Positions 42,862 to 53,637 of a stretch of DNA of 64,000 nt are shown piece by piece. The position numbers and the translations under genes were made by a program. The notes below the pieces were generated by a model that saw only the letters and a list, made by a program, of their open reading frames with translations, ran no database searches and had not been told where the DNA came from. Position 1 is the first letter of the stretch. Every line of letters begins with the position of its first letter. The stretch is from IMG/VR virus record IMGVR_UViG_3300020598_000119; one strand, 5' to 3'. The stretch is from a virus. Lineage: Duplodnaviria > Caudoviricetes.

Positions 42862-44271
42862 ATGTCAGACCTCGTTTTCTATGATACTGAAGCTACGGAT
42901 GCAGACATCCGCCACGGGCAAATTACGCAATTTGGCGGTTTAAAGACTGATCTGGACTTCAATATCAGTGAAGAAATCAATTTCCGGGTTAAGCGGCTTC
43001 CATGGGTAGTGCCATCGCCAACGGCTTTGACCGTCACTAAAATGCAAGCCAGAGACCTCGATAACGAGGACGGTGTTTCCGAATATGAAGCTGCACGCAA
43101 GATGGAAAAATTTCTTGTTCCTGGATATGGACAGGAAAGGACATTGGTAACATTTCGCGGACCTTCATTCGACGACGAATTGATCCGTACAACTCTCTTC
43201 AGAAATCTGAATAATCCTTGGTTTTCATCAGGAAAAAAGACATCAAAGCTGGATGTATTCCATCTTGTTCGTCTGGCAAAAACGCTCAATGAGAACGCCT
43301 TAGAAGTCCCAATGGGAGACGAGGGCAAGCTTACCTGGCGATTGGAGAAACTTTGCGAGGCAAACGGCATCCAACTTGACGCACACGATGCCTTGGCTGA
43401 CTCGTATGGAACACTCGAAATCGCGGCTCTTGTTCGCAACACTACACCGAATGCTTGGCACACTTTGATGCGCTGCGGCCTTCCTGCACGGCAAGAAGAA
43501 CTGCTATCGGGCGCATATAGGAACGGCAAACCTCTGCTGTTGTTCCAATTTTTCTCAGAAGCAAAAGTTATTCCTTGCGCAGTCTTGGGAACAAACGACC
43601 AGAAAGGATGGATTCTAGCTGATCTCAGAGCAGAAAACATACCGGATATGGTCGACGACATAAGGGCGACCTTGTTCACCAAAGACACGCCGTTCCCGAT
43701 TGTCAAAAGCAACATGGCTCCGATTTTCTTGGACGAAACGACTGCGAGAGCAATCGATCCATCCATTGACACCAAATCAATAATCGCGAAAGCCAAAGAA
43801 ATCAAGGGGGGACGTTTAGCTGAACAGGCAGTAGAGGCATACAGAGGCCATGCGCATCCACGCCTCGAAAACATGACTTCGGAAGAAAAGATCTATTCCG
43901 GCTTCATCAGCGACAAAGATAAGCCCTTGTTAACTTCATTTCATCGGGCAGATACATGGGAAAAGAAATTGGCGATAAATTTCACAGACGCCCGCCTAAC
44001 GGATTTCAAGGCGCGCATTCTGCTAGACGCCTACTATTCCAATAAGGCTTCATTCCATGAAGAAGATGTGGCCATGCTGCGAGAACAATGCGCAGAGGCT
44101 CTTGATCGCCCATTTGCTGAAGCGAATTCACGCTTCATGACAATCAAGAAAGCGCTCGAAATAGGTGTTCCTCGCGATTGGGCGGACTGGGCAGAAGAGG
44201 TTTTCGATTATAAAATCGAGCCATCATGCGTGCTGGAACAAGAGGGGGATCAGTTGCAGATGTCCTTCTAA
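42862..44271 (+). CDS. sbcB: Exodeoxyribonuclease I-like DEDDh 3'-5' ssDNA exonuclease
   Basis: VFYDTE, QITQFGG, PSP.A, FDDELIR, RLEKLCEANGI..AHDALAD, EEKIYSGF. Confidence 0.85.
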   Translation: MSDLVFYDTEATDADIRHGQITQFGGLKTDLDFNISEEINFRVKRLPWVVPSPTALTVTKMQARDLDNEDGVSEYEAARKMEKFLVPGYGQERTLVTFRGPSFDDELIRTTLFRNLNNPWFSSGKKTSKLDVFHLVRLAKTLNENALEVPMGDEGKLTWRLEKLCEANGIQLDAHDALADSYGTLEIAALVRNTTPNAWHTLMRCGLPARQEELLSGAYRNGKPLLLFQFFSEAKVIPCAVLGTNDQKGWILADLRAENIPDMVDDIRATLFTKDTPFPIVKSNMAPIFLDETTARAIDPSIDTKSIIAKAKEIKGGRLAEQAVEAYRGHAHPRLENMTSEEKIYSGFISDKDKPLLTSFHRADTWEKKLAINFTDARLTDFKARILLDAYYSNKASFHEEDVAMLREQCAEALDRPFAEANSRFMTIKKALEIGVPRDWADWAEEVFDYKIEPSCVLEQEGDQLQMSF

Positions 44272-44294
44272 AAAGCCTAGGACATCTACAATGA

Positions 44295-44633
44295 TCAGCT
44301 AGAAACTGCTCTCAAAATCGAAAAATATAGCCAACGAAGGCCGAGAGCAGTCATCCACCATGCACCCATGGCGACGATTATTGTTACCCAAGCCCCACCA
44401 TAATTGATAGCTGCGCTGAAAATCGAACCAGTGGTCACTCCTAAAACGATACTGTTTATGACCTCAATAGGGTTCATCAGCGCCCAACTTACTGAGGAAG
44501 CGCTTGGCAGGCCACCTGCAGCAGCCAAAAAGCTTAATCCATGGGACGTAAGAATCAGCGACAAAATGCCAAAGAAGGCCAAAAGAACAAGATTTATGGC
44601 GAAACCAGCGGCCTTTAATGTCTGTTCAAACAT
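44295..44633 (-). CDS. Small multi-TM membrane protein
   Basis: Hydrophobic segments; last gene of Sel1-LDT operon; gagg RBS. Confidence 0.7.
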   Translation of the reverse strand: MFEQTLKAAGFAINLVLLAFFGILSLILTSHGLSFLAAAGGLPSASSVSWALMNPIEVINSIVLGVTTGSIFSAAINYGGAWVTIIVAMGAWWMTALGLRWLYFSILRAVSS

Positions 44634-44643
44634 AGACGTTTCC

Positions 44644-45582
44644 TCAGTATTCACGCCAGATCAAGCGCCCGTTCGGCGACGAAGATTGTGGGTAGCCATC
44701 ACTTGGATCTCGCATTGGTACACCCGCGCAATTCGCTCCCTCACCGTCCAGACCATAGATATCTGGGTAGTAGCGAATAATGCCGTCACCATCCGGCCAC
44801 GCAGTCCAATATCCAAGGATAACCGTGATCGGATCAGACGGGGTGTAATCTGTCATGTCGTCGCCTTCGATCAATGCGTCGATATCCTCGCGTGTCCTGT
44901 TCAATGCCCAGGCCGCAACATCGCGAACATGCTCAATACGAACACACCCTGCAGAGCCAGCGCGCACATCGGAATCATATCTGGATGGCTCGTTGGTATC
45001 ATGCAGATAGATACCGTCCGCATTGTGGAGTCCGATTTTCAGCAGTCCAAGCGCGTTGTATGGACTCGGACGCTGAATGAATGAGGATGCTGACTCTGCA
45101 TATTGTGATGCTTCCGATGGAGACATCATCTGACCGTTCACCACGATGTCAAACCCGTTCTCTTCAAAGAACGAGGGATCACTTGCGAGCTTCTTCTTCC
45201 AGTTTTTTCGGCGAATGATGCTCTGCGGCACAGTCCACGTCGGATTCGGCCGCACATAGGTGATACGGGTCGACATTTCTGGGGTAGGGGTCATGTCCAT
45301 GCCCACCACAGCTCGGCTTTCGATAACCGGATCGCCATTCGTGTAGGCCGTCACTACTCCAGACGGAATGTTGACCACAAGGACCTTTCCTGAAGCCGGA
45401 AAGCTAACACCTTTCAATCTCTTCAACGTTCCACGCACAGCAGCATCCTGCTCTCCACATACATGGACATTGGAAGATGCCTCAGACAGCGTTTCCAAAA
45501 TCCAGGAGATCGGAGACGACTGGGCCTGCGTGGCAAACGGAATGCCTACCAGCGCGAACTTCAGGAAATCTCTTCTCTTCAT
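44644..45582 (-). CDS. L,D-transpeptidase (YcbB/YkuD-type), Tat-exported
   Basis: MKRRDFLK Tat motif; VVNIP, NPTWTVP, NALG..K, IYLHDT, SAGCVR catalytic motif. Confidence 0.9.
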   Translation of the reverse strand: MKRRDFLKFALVGIPFATQAQSSPISWILETLSEASSNVHVCGEQDAAVRGTLKRLKGVSFPASGKVLVVNIPSGVVTAYTNGDPVIESRAVVGMDMTPTPEMSTRITYVRPNPTWTVPQSIIRRKNWKKKLASDPSFFEENGFDIVVNGQMMSPSEASQYAESASSFIQRPSPYNALGLLKIGLHNADGIYLHDTNEPSRYDSDVRAGSAGCVRIEHVRDVAAWALNRTREDIDALIEGDDMTDYTPSDPITVILGYWTAWPDGDGIIRYYPDIYGLDGEGANCAGVPMRDPSDGYPQSSSPNGRLIWREY

Positions 45583-46607
45583 CGTCCTCTAAGTGCTCCA
45601 GATTGCGCCAGGCTCTGAGCCTCCTTGATCTCGGAGGAAGTCATGGAAAGCTCAAGCTTCTGCATTTCGGCCCGAGCATCAGATCCATCCGCGCCAGTGG
45701 AGCGGGCGGCGAGGTTCAACCATGCGTGCGCTAGAATCTTGCTCGGCGCAACGCCTTCACCCCGAAGGTGCATCTGTGCCATCTGACGCTGTGCAGGGGC
45801 ATAGCCCTGACGTGCAGCTATCGTGAAATAGCGAGCCGCTTCAGAGGCATTCTTCGGAGCGCCTGCGCCCTTCAGGTAACGGACACCGAGATTATAGCGG
45901 GCAGGGGCATCGCCCCGTTCTGCAAGCTCCTTAAGATCAACCATGCCACGGCCAGCCATGGCCTTCTCGGACGGGTGCTCGCACCCACAATTCTCGCTAC
46001 CGACTAGACGAGCGATGTCGACCTCGGTGAGCGTGCGGCCATGGACAGCCTTCATCTTCTCGACCGCTTCGCTGTTTCCCGCCATGGCGGCCATGTCGAA
46101 GTACGACTTCGCTACACTCGGGTCGGCAGGAACAGCGATACCGCTCTGGTACATCTGTGCCAACCGGACCTGAGCAGCGGCATTACCCATCTCTGCGGCG
46201 ATCTTGTAGTTGCGCAACGCGCCAGCATAGTCTGGCTTTCCACGGCCAACTTCCTGCAGGAGCGCTAGGTTGTAATAGCCGTTCGAGCTACCAGCCTTGG
46301 CAGCTTTCGAAAAATATCCAGAAGCTCCAGAACCGCCAAACCCACCAACCTGTCCTCGAAGAGCCATGACGCCGAGATTGTTCATGGCACGGACGTCACC
46401 AGCCTTCTCAGCACGCCTATAAGCGGAAACAGCAAGCTCATAATTCTGAGGAACGCCAATGCCGTGCTGGTAACGATAGCCAGCTTCGTAATCACGATTA
46501 AACTCCGCGCGGCTATCAGCAGAATGGACCGGATAGATTTCAGTTGAAGAGCAGCCAGCGAGCGCCAGAACAGCGGCAAGTGCAATTGATAGTTTCATTT
46601 TCGGCAT
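45579..46607 (-). CDS. Sel1-repeat lipoprotein
   Basis: Lipobox LAGC; multiple Sel1 repeats (AMNNLG, AQVRLAQMY..G, ARYNLG..YLKG). Confidence 0.9.
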   Translation of the reverse strand: MPKMKLSIALAAVLALAGCSSTEIYPVHSADSRAEFNRDYEAGYRYQHGIGVPQNYELAVSAYRRAEKAGDVRAMNNLGVMALRGQVGGFGGSGASGYFSKAAKAGSSNGYYNLALLQEVGRGKPDYAGALRNYKIAAEMGNAAAQVRLAQMYQSGIAVPADPSVAKSYFDMAAMAGNSEAVEKMKAVHGRTLTEVDIARLVGSENCGCEHPSEKAMAGRGMVDLKELAERGDAPARYNLGVRYLKGAGAPKNASEAARYFTIAARQGYAPAQRQMAQMHLRGEGVAPSKILAHAWLNLAARSTGADGSDARAEMQKLELSMTSSEIKEAQSLAQSGALRGR

Positions 46608-46666
46608 TGAATTGGTCCTAGCTATAAAACAGTGCTTAAAAATTGTTGCACCGATTTATCTCCAGC

Positions 46667-47131
46667 TCAAGCCGCCATTTTCCCTGTTTCTTTCAGCCAC
46701 GCAATATATTCAAGATCCCTGGCAGTCCATTTTGGGATGCGTTTCGAATGAATGCCAACGCGCTTCATAATTGCGCGAGCATGAGCTTTTTCAGCCTCTT
46801 CGGCAGCGTTCCTTTCTTCAGTCAAACGCTTTATTTCATCGCGGGCTGGCTTGTATTCGGCATGAATTGAGATCACATGAATCTCTTTTTTCGGCTGCCC
46901 TTTAATGAGCTTGAAAACCTCTCGACCCTTCTTGGATTTCGTTGAACAAACCGAATAAATCTCGACTGGTTTTCGTTCCTTATTCAAGCGGATCATCGCG
47001 TCGTAACCACAGCGCAAGCCCATTCCGCTCCACAGGATTTCTCCTGCAGGAACATCTTCTGAATTAGACCGGAACAGGCGGCAAAAATCGCGATCCTTGT
47101 CTAGAACAATGACGTAATTCTCTTCTGGCAT
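46667..47131 (-). CDS. Hypothetical basic protein
   Basis: 154-aa ORF with gaagg RBS. Confidence 0.65.
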   Translation of the reverse strand: MPEENYVIVLDKDRDFCRLFRSNSEDVPAGEILWSGMGLRCGYDAMIRLNKERKPVEIYSVCSTKSKKGREVFKLIKGQPKKEIHVISIHAEYKPARDEIKRLTEERNAAEEAEKAHARAIMKRVGIHSKRIPKWTARDLEYIAWLKETGKMAA

Positions 47132-47205
47132 AAGAGTAGCCTTCTTAGAGTTTCCTAGTTAACCAATGTTGATTCAATTAATCGGCCATCGGCAAGCATT
47201 AATCA

Positions 47206-48327
47206 TCACTCTCCAGACAAAAGTATCCGGATTTTCATGTCACAGCGTTCGGCGTAATTTTTGGTCAGCGTAAATGCGGAACACTTGAAATCGATATTGT
47301 TATGTTCGATTGCAGCGTCGATCTCCTTCCACAACTCCTCGTGATGCGGCATGCGCATACCAGGTTGACCTTCAATCGCCCTCATGAAGTCCTTGGAATA
47401 TAGCTCAATCTGCCCACGTGCAGACTTTGTATTCGCGCAAATAACCGACAGGCACTCATGGAGTGCCTGAACCCAGCCACTATGGCCGCTCTGATCCTGC
47501 ACAGTTCCACAATGAAGTGTCTCTTCCATTCGGTCGCTGCCAGAAGACGACACCCAGCAGGCCCATCCATTAAGTCCCTTTGAGGACACGTCATTGGCGA
47601 TGTAGGCAGTGACGGTTCTCTCGTTGATCTGCCGTCGCTTAATCACGATGGGCGAGGGGTCGACATACTCGATGACATGGGTAGGTTTAGCGGGCGCTTC
47701 TGAAAAATCGTGAACGGCAACCGCATCTTCGACAGGCTCTGCCTTGGCAGTGTTAGGAGTTGCAGGCGTCATATATTTCAAGGGTTCCATGAAGTTCGAA
47801 GGCTGTATCACACCACGAACCAACAAAGCGGTTTGCTCTTGGATAGCCCGACGAAGATGGTCTGGCCCCCACGCTTTCTGCAGGACAACAGTGGCGGCAT
47901 CCAAGACCGTCTCAGGGAACAGCTCGTCAAGTTCCTCTTCTTCGAGCTGCTCCTGTGCCTTTTCCAGGCACTCGATAATGGTCATGCCAGCCTCGACAAC
48001 GGAGTCGATATACGACTGCATGGCCTTCTCGGAAATTGTGCGGGGAGGGGACAATGCGTTATCGCCAGTTCCTGTAATCTGATGCATCTTGGCTGCTAGA
48101 ACCAAGAGAACGTCCTCAACCTGCATACATTCAATGAGCGTGTTCATCGCCGCATACCAAATGCCGATCAGCATGCGATCCTTCTGCTCGCGGAATTCAA
48201 GCGGCTGTGCAGATGATAGAATGGCCTTAGAGACGATAGATTTCGCCCGCGCACGCGCTTTGGCATCGTTGGCCTGCGGACTTACGCTTTCGATATCTTC
48301 TTCGATAATCAACTCTTCATCGGACAT
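47206..48327 (-). CDS. Hypothetical protein with degenerate C-terminal RNase H-like domain
   Basis: C-terminus GWACWV...IELYS...EELWKEID...NYAERCD parallels the RNase HI layout; start probably ATG 48327. Confidence 0.6.
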   Translation of the reverse strand: MSDEELIIEEDIESVSPQANDAKARARAKSIVSKAILSSAQPLEFREQKDRMLIGIWYAAMNTLIECMQVEDVLLVLAAKMHQITGTGDNALSPPRTISEKAMQSYIDSVVEAGMTIIECLEKAQEQLEEEELDELFPETVLDAATVVLQKAWGPDHLRRAIQEQTALLVRGVIQPSNFMEPLKYMTPATPNTAKAEPVEDAVAVHDFSEAPAKPTHVIEYVDPSPIVIKRRQINERTVTAYIANDVSSKGLNGWACWVSSSGSDRMEETLHCGTVQDQSGHSGWVQALHECLSVICANTKSARGQIELYSKDFMRAIEGQPGMRMPHHEELWKEIDAAIEHNNIDFKCSAFTLTKNYAERCDMKIRILLSGE

Positions 48328-48491
48328 AGAAAACCCCACGATGTACTCGATTAAGGGTGATCCAATACAAGGAACAGAACAAGTCCAAGAAGAAAAATTA
48401 GTGAGGAAGCCTAGAGCAGGCCGCAAACTATTTCTTAAAAGGGAAGTGAATTTCGAAACGAAACCAAAGCAATAGCTGTTAGCACTTTGAA

Positions 48492-48537
48492 TAAAAAAAG
48501 AGGGCGCTCCCATACTATGAGAGGCCCTTCTTTTTTG
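48492..48537 (-). terminator. Probable terminator after mucR-like gene
   Basis: aaaaaaagagggc...gcccttctttttt inverted repeat. Confidence 0.6.
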
Positions 48538-48550
48538 GGTTGCCTAGGCT

Positions 48551-49393
48551 TTAGGCTGCCTTGGCCTCATCGCTCTTTGGGCGACGGCCGCGCTTCACGG
48601 TCTTGGCTTCGTTAGCCTTCGGAGCCGATGCGGCCTTCGGCGGGCGACCACGACGACGCGGAGCCGACGTTTCTTCGGAAACCCTTTCCGATGACACGTT
48701 TTCTGCCTTGGCGCGCTGGTTGGCGATAGTCTTGTTCATAATCTCCTGACGCTTCTTCGCATAATTCGGAGCGACGACAGGGTAGTCAGGGCGCAGACCG
48801 AAGTGAGCGCGATATTCTTCCGGCGTCATACCGTATTTCGTTGCCAGAGCACGTTTGATGAAGGTCTGCTCGACGCCATCAATCAGGTTAACAATGGAGT
48901 CCGGCTTGATGGCATCCTCGGGGTCCATATTATTGAACGGCGTCCGGCTGATGTGCGCGAACTTATATCCCTGCTGCCCTTCGCCTGTTGCCGGAGCAGG
49001 GTAGCTGACTTCGGGATTTTTCTTCGGACGACCGGGGCCGCGCTTCTGGACAGGCTCGCTGCCGACCACTGCTAGGAACGGCAGGGTTTCTTGCGAGCGT
49101 TCTTCGCCACCTTCAGCACCCGCGTTTTCGCTGGATGTCTCCTGGGCGACTTCACCAACCACCAACGAGCGAGGCTTGCGACCGCGACGAGCAGCAGGCT
49201 GTTCAGCTCCTGCGGTCGTCTCAGCGCCAGACGGGGCCACAGCCGCAGCATTTTCACCTGCCACGTTAAAAACCACGTTCTTCACGCGCTCGAAAACGTT
49301 CGGCAAATCCTGCGGATTGACCTGATTATGCTGCACGTATGCAGTCATGAAATTCATCAGGTGGTCGAATGTAGTGGTTTTTTCTTCTGCCAT
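48551..49393 (-). CDS. MucR/Ros-family regulator with AT-hook-like insertions
   Basis: N-terminal TAYVQHNQVNPQDLP oligomerisation domain; GMTPEEYR..FGL..DYPVVAPNYA; several RGR(P/K) motifs. Confidence 0.85.
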   Translation of the reverse strand: MAEEKTTTFDHLMNFMTAYVQHNQVNPQDLPNVFERVKNVVFNVAGENAAAVAPSGAETTAGAEQPAARRGRKPRSLVVGEVAQETSSENAGAEGGEERSQETLPFLAVVGSEPVQKRGPGRPKKNPEVSYPAPATGEGQQGYKFAHISRTPFNNMDPEDAIKPDSIVNLIDGVEQTFIKRALATKYGMTPEEYRAHFGLRPDYPVVAPNYAKKRQEIMNKTIANQRAKAENVSSERVSEETSAPRRRGRPPKAASAPKANEAKTVKRGRRPKSDEAKAA

Positions 49394-49766
49394 GTGAGTG
49401 ATCCTTACGTTAAACTCTGTTTGGCTTCCTTGAGAATTCCAAGTCGGCCCTATCGATCTCTTGGTGGATCATTCGTTTTCAGGGCGTCTCTCGGTTATTC
49501 ATATGGCTTCTATATGTATCTTTTTTTCGAACTTCAAGAGGCAAATATGTGAAAAGACCTAGGTTTGTTCATTTTTTTGGTGATTTTAACCGTTCGAGGG
49601 CCATTAATCCCCACCCAACGCGCGTTTTGAGGCCTTTTGATGAAGCTCACCCCTCCAAGATTGACAATTGCGCCTATCCCATCGAGCATTGTTGAAGGTT
49701 ATACATCAGCTAGCGGCAACCGCTTTTAACCAATGCAGACCAAATAACCAGTGGAAACAGTCAAAA

Positions 49767-51740
49767 ATGCAACCTGATGCCTCCCAATCGTTCAATCCAT
49801 CCGCAAAAGCGGAGAACAATAGGGAAACATCGCACAATTCTGCCCAGAAATCGCTCCCTTTACCTCCTTTTAGCGCAAAGAACCCAGGAGAAAAGGCCTC
49901 CGAGGTCTTAAATCGGGTGTTTGGTTACCGAACCTTCAGAGCGGGACAGGACGACATTATCAATCATGTTGCCAATGGGCATAGCGCGTTTGTCCTTAAG
50001 CCAACGGGAGGAGGGAAATCGCTGTGTTATCAGGTACCTGCGCTTATGCGCGATGGGGTAACAGTCGTCCTTTCACCATTATTGGCATTGATGAAAGACC
50101 AGGTAGATACACTTCGTAAGAAAGGTGTACGCGCAGCCGCATTGACTTCTACGAGCAGCTGGACAGAAATCGATGAGATAAAGGCGGCGCTAGCGGCAAA
50201 TAATCTCGACATTCTATATATATCGCCCGAACGACTGAGCCTAGCTTCTTTTAAGCGCCTCATGTCAATTGCAAAGATTGGCCTTTTTGCTATCGATGAA
50301 GCGCATTGTGTGTCCCAATGGGGGCACGATTTTCGTTCCAGCTATCTGAACATTGGCAAATTTCTCGATTTATTTCCTGATGTTCCGAGGATTGCACTTA
50401 CTGCGACTGCCGATCCAGACACACAGGAAGAAGTAGCGACGCGACTTGGCATTACAGAAGCTAGGAAATTCGTAGAAAGTTTTGACCGCCCGAACATCGC
50501 AATTGACATCCAAGACAAGACTGAAGAGGCGAGTCAGGTTATTGAGCTTTTGAGAGATAACGGAGACGAGAACGCTATCGTATTTTGTTCGTCTCGCAGA
50601 AAGGTCGAGGAACTTCACTCTCTACTGGTTGAGAATGGCATTAACTCGATCCCATATCATGCAGCCATGGACCCCGATGTGCGGCGAGCCAACCAAGACA
50701 GGTTCTTGAATGAGAAGCCCGTCGTTGCGGTCGCGACTATCGCGTTTGGTATGGGCATCGACAAACCCGACATTCGCTTGGTTATCCACACAACGATGCC
50801 ACCTACTGCGGAAGGATATTACCAAGAGATCGGTAGGGCCGGACGCGACGGTCAGATGAGCAAGGCTGTCCTTCTCTATTCGCCAAAAGACGTCGTTCAT
50901 CAGATGCGCCATCTTCGCGTAAAATTGGAAGACAGCGCCGAAAACTCGACCGAAAGACAGCAGGCGATCCTGAGCATCAGAAAACTGCAGATGATGCAGG
51001 GAGTTGTTGAAAGCCCTGACTGCCGGAAAACCACGCTCCTTAGATGCTTCGGTGAAAATCTCCCAGAGCCATGTGGCACCTGTGATCGCTGTATATATCC
51101 AGCTGTCACTTACAATGCGACCAAGCCAAGCAATCTATTGGTCAGAACAGTTGGCCTGACCGGACAAAAATACGGGGCAGGGTATCTCATTGAAGTTCTG
51201 CAGGGGCTTACCACCGAACGCGTGATGGCCAACAACCATCAGGACATAGCCACCTTTGGATTGGGTTCCGATTTTAATCGGAAACAATGGCAGTCAATGG
51301 CGCGTCAGCTGGTGGCTGGAGGATATTTGAAATCGACCAAATTAAGCACACTCGAACTCGGCGAGAAAGCCTTTGGCCTCATAAAGGGCAACGACGTTGT
51401 CCACTTAACTCCAATGGGTCGCCAGCGCAGACTGATGCCAAAAAAGAAGGCAGGTGCCGGATTGCCTGAGAGTTTGAGGAACATGCTCGATGACCTGCTG
51501 CGCCTCAGAGAGGATATTGCGGCCGAGTACGGAATTGATCGATCTGCTGTTATAACGGATAGGGCGCTGGAAGAGATCATCTCAGCCCAACCGACCTCTA
51601 TCGAAGATCTCACGAACCTTAAATCGATTTCAGAAGGCCAGATTTCGGAGTATGGCTCTCGACTGCTGTCTGCTGTTAAGAGCCATACTCGAAACGACGA
51701 ACCCGACGCAGGAGTTCAAGAGTTCAATCTCTTCGGTTAG
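49767..51740 (+). CDS. recQ: ATP-dependent DNA helicase RecQ
   Basis: [44 protein letters not shown], Zn-binding RQC, HRDC. Confidence 0.95.
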   Translation: MQPDASQSFNPSAKAENNRETSHNSAQKSLPLPPFSAKNPGEKASEVLNRVFGYRTFRAGQDDIINHVANGHSAFVLKPTGGGKSLCYQVPALMRDGVTVVLSPLLALMKDQVDTLRKKGVRAAALTSTSSWTEIDEIKAALAANNLDILYISPERLSLASFKRLMSIAKIGLFAIDEAHCVSQWGHDFRSSYLNIGKFLDLFPDVPRIALTATADPDTQEEVATRLGITEARKFVESFDRPNIAIDIQDKTEEASQVIELLRDNGDENAIVFCSSRRKVEELHSLLVENGINSIPYHAAMDPDVRRANQDRFLNEKPVVAVATIAFGMGIDKPDIRLVIHTTMPPTAEGYYQEIGRAGRDGQMSKAVLLYSPKDVVHQMRHLRVKLEDSAENSTERQQAILSIRKLQMMQGVVESPDCRKTTLLRCFGENLPEPCGTCDRCIYPAVTYNATKPSNLLVRTVGLTGQKYGAGYLIEVLQGLTTERVMANNHQDIATFGLGSDFNRKQWQSMARQLVAGGYLKSTKLSTLELGEKAFGLIKGNDVVHLTPMGRQRRLMPKKKAGAGLPESLRNMLDDLLRLREDIAAEYGIDRSAVITDRALEEIISAQPTSIEDLTNLKSISEGQISEYGSRLLSAVKSHTRNDEPDAGVQEFNLFG

Positions 51741-52777
51741 GCGGCCTTCCGACTCGCAGGTGCCCTCGTTGATATCGTCGCCATCACATCGGCTATAGAG
51801 GCTTGAGGCACAGCCTGGGTGCCATCGTCGCTAACGATGTGCAATTGAGTTGGCCCCGAGACTATCACCCAAGCGACATGAGTTCCGCTGGAGCGGATTT
51901 CATAACCCCATGCCATGACATCCTGAGGTTCTTGAGCCACTCCCATCACATGCCTGGAGCCTGGCTTTTCCAGTTTGAGCGGCACCTTCTCCAACGAGAA
52001 CTGACCACCACTTGTCGTCTTGCCATCGTACCTCGGCTCGAATTGGCCTCCAAACCATGACGGTGCTCCGCTCAACAGCGGTGACGATGTGGCAGCCTTT
52101 GGAGGACGCCCTCGCCTGCTGGGAGCTTTGCCAGGTGCCGCACTCTCTGTAGCGACTGCTGCCTTTGGCTTGCGGCCCCGTTTCTGAGGAGCCGACTGAG
52201 GTGAAGCTTGTTCTACTACCTGAGCCTCCGTGGCGGCCTTCTTGGGCCGCCCACGGCCCTTTTTGGGAGCATCAGCCGTCTTCGGCTCTGCGGGTGCCGT
52301 TGATGCACTCTTGGGGGGACGTCCACGGCGCTTTTTAGGAGCTTCAGAAGCTTGAGCTGAGGGTGCTGGTGCGGTTGCGGAAGATTCTGCTTCCTCAGCT
52401 TTCGGAGGTCTGCCTCTGCGTTTTGCGGGCGCTTCTTCAGGTGCAGCCTGGCTGGATGCAGTTGTTCCGATCAATTCGAGATCGTCAATTACCCTTGCAA
52501 GATCGAGAAGGCTACCAAGCGTTATTCTGGCCCCGTCTCCTGAGAATGTGTCCATCAGGACCATCGTAGCGCCCGGGGCAATTTTCTCGTTCCCCGTTGG
52601 CCAGAATTTTGTAAGAACGCTTTTGATCCCTTCCAGGGAAGATGTCTTGACGGAAACACTCTTGGTTCCGGACCTTGATATGCTCGCCATATCACCGTTT
52701 GAAGATGTGGTGATTTTATATGGACCGGGAAGAGTGAGCGTTGCGTCCGTCGATTTCGACTGTTGGACTGCACTCAT
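51737..52777 (-). CDS. AT-hook-rich histone-like protein
   Basis: Five (K/R)RGR(P/K)(P/K)K motifs in an A/P/S-rich central linker between two globular-looking domains. Confidence 0.75.
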   Translation of the reverse strand: MSAVQQSKSTDATLTLPGPYKITTSSNGDMASISRSGTKSVSVKTSSLEGIKSVLTKFWPTGNEKIAPGATMVLMDTFSGDGARITLGSLLDLARVIDDLELIGTTASSQAAPEEAPAKRRGRPPKAEEAESSATAPAPSAQASEAPKKRRGRPPKSASTAPAEPKTADAPKKGRGRPKKAATEAQVVEQASPQSAPQKRGRKPKAAVATESAAPGKAPSRRGRPPKAATSSPLLSGAPSWFGGQFEPRYDGKTTSGGQFSLEKVPLKLEKPGSRHVMGVAQEPQDVMAWGYEIRSSGTHVAWVIVSGPTQLHIVSDDGTQAVPQASIADVMATISTRAPASRKAA

Positions 52778-52950
52778 TTTTCGACTCCCTACGCGATTGT
52801 TTCCTATCAGATTACGCGCAAATGCTATTTCGAACTTTTTGCAGCTCTCGTCAATGGGGAGCGAAAAATATCATTAAGAGAATTTAGACTTTGGAAATTC
52901 CAATGCCTATGTGACCATGTGTGAAACACACAGATTTGTTTGGAGTTCGT

Positions 52951-53562
52951 ATGCTTGGAAAATTCAAGGTCCGGAAGGATCGCGTTCTCGTTGTTGATTT
53001 CGAATTGACCTGCTGGGAAGGCCAAGCGCCTGAGGGCGAGATGGCGGAGATTATCGAAATTGGTCTCTCAGAGGTAGACGTCGAGAGACTAGAGATCAAG
53101 AAGACAGATTCGTATTTGGTGAAGCCGGAATATTCAACCATCTCGGAATACTGCACTAATTTGACGGGGATCACACCGCAACGCATGCGCAAGCAGGGAA
53201 GGCCGCTTGTTGATGTAGCCAATACCCTGAAAAAGAACTGGGGGTCTGCTTCAAAGGCATGGATGGCTTGGGGGAATGACCGCGAAGCCATAATAATCGA
53301 CTGCATGCGGAAGCAGATCGAAAACCCCTTTTCCGAGGCGTACCACAACATTGGCCAGCAATTCAGCATGATGGTTGGTGCGACATCCTCAATCGGCCTC
53401 AATAAAGCTTTTGAGATGATGGGGATTGAACGAACAGGCACTGCTCACACAGCTGGAGGCGATGCGGAAGATACAGCCTGCCTGTGGGTGCATCTGACAC
53501 AACGAATTCGCTCTGAATTGTTCCCGTCAGACAATTTTGAGATTCAAACTCCGTCGCATTAA
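52951..53562 (+). CDS. DEDDh 3'-5' exonuclease (ERI-1/KapD-like)
   Basis: VVDFELTCW, EIIEIG, CTNLTGI, AWGND, HTAGGDA. Confidence 0.88.
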   Translation: MLGKFKVRKDRVLVVDFELTCWEGQAPEGEMAEIIEIGLSEVDVERLEIKKTDSYLVKPEYSTISEYCTNLTGITPQRMRKQGRPLVDVANTLKKNWGSASKAWMAWGNDREAIIIDCMRKQIENPFSEAYHNIGQQFSMMVGATSSIGLNKAFEMMGIERTGTAHTAGGDAEDTACLWVHLTQRIRSELFPSDNFEIQTPSH

Positions 53563-53637
53563 AATCTAAAACGTTTTGCGCTTTGCTTAACAGCTTTTTC
53601 GGCCGTAAATTAGGTAGATGCCGTTTCGGAGAGTTTC

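Noticed and set aside
42861-42864. Divergent genes sharing an overlapping CATG start
   Set aside because: The sbcB-like RBS (ggag) lies in this overlap and downstream Met codons exist for the minus-strand gene, so the overlap is probably an ORF-caller artefact.
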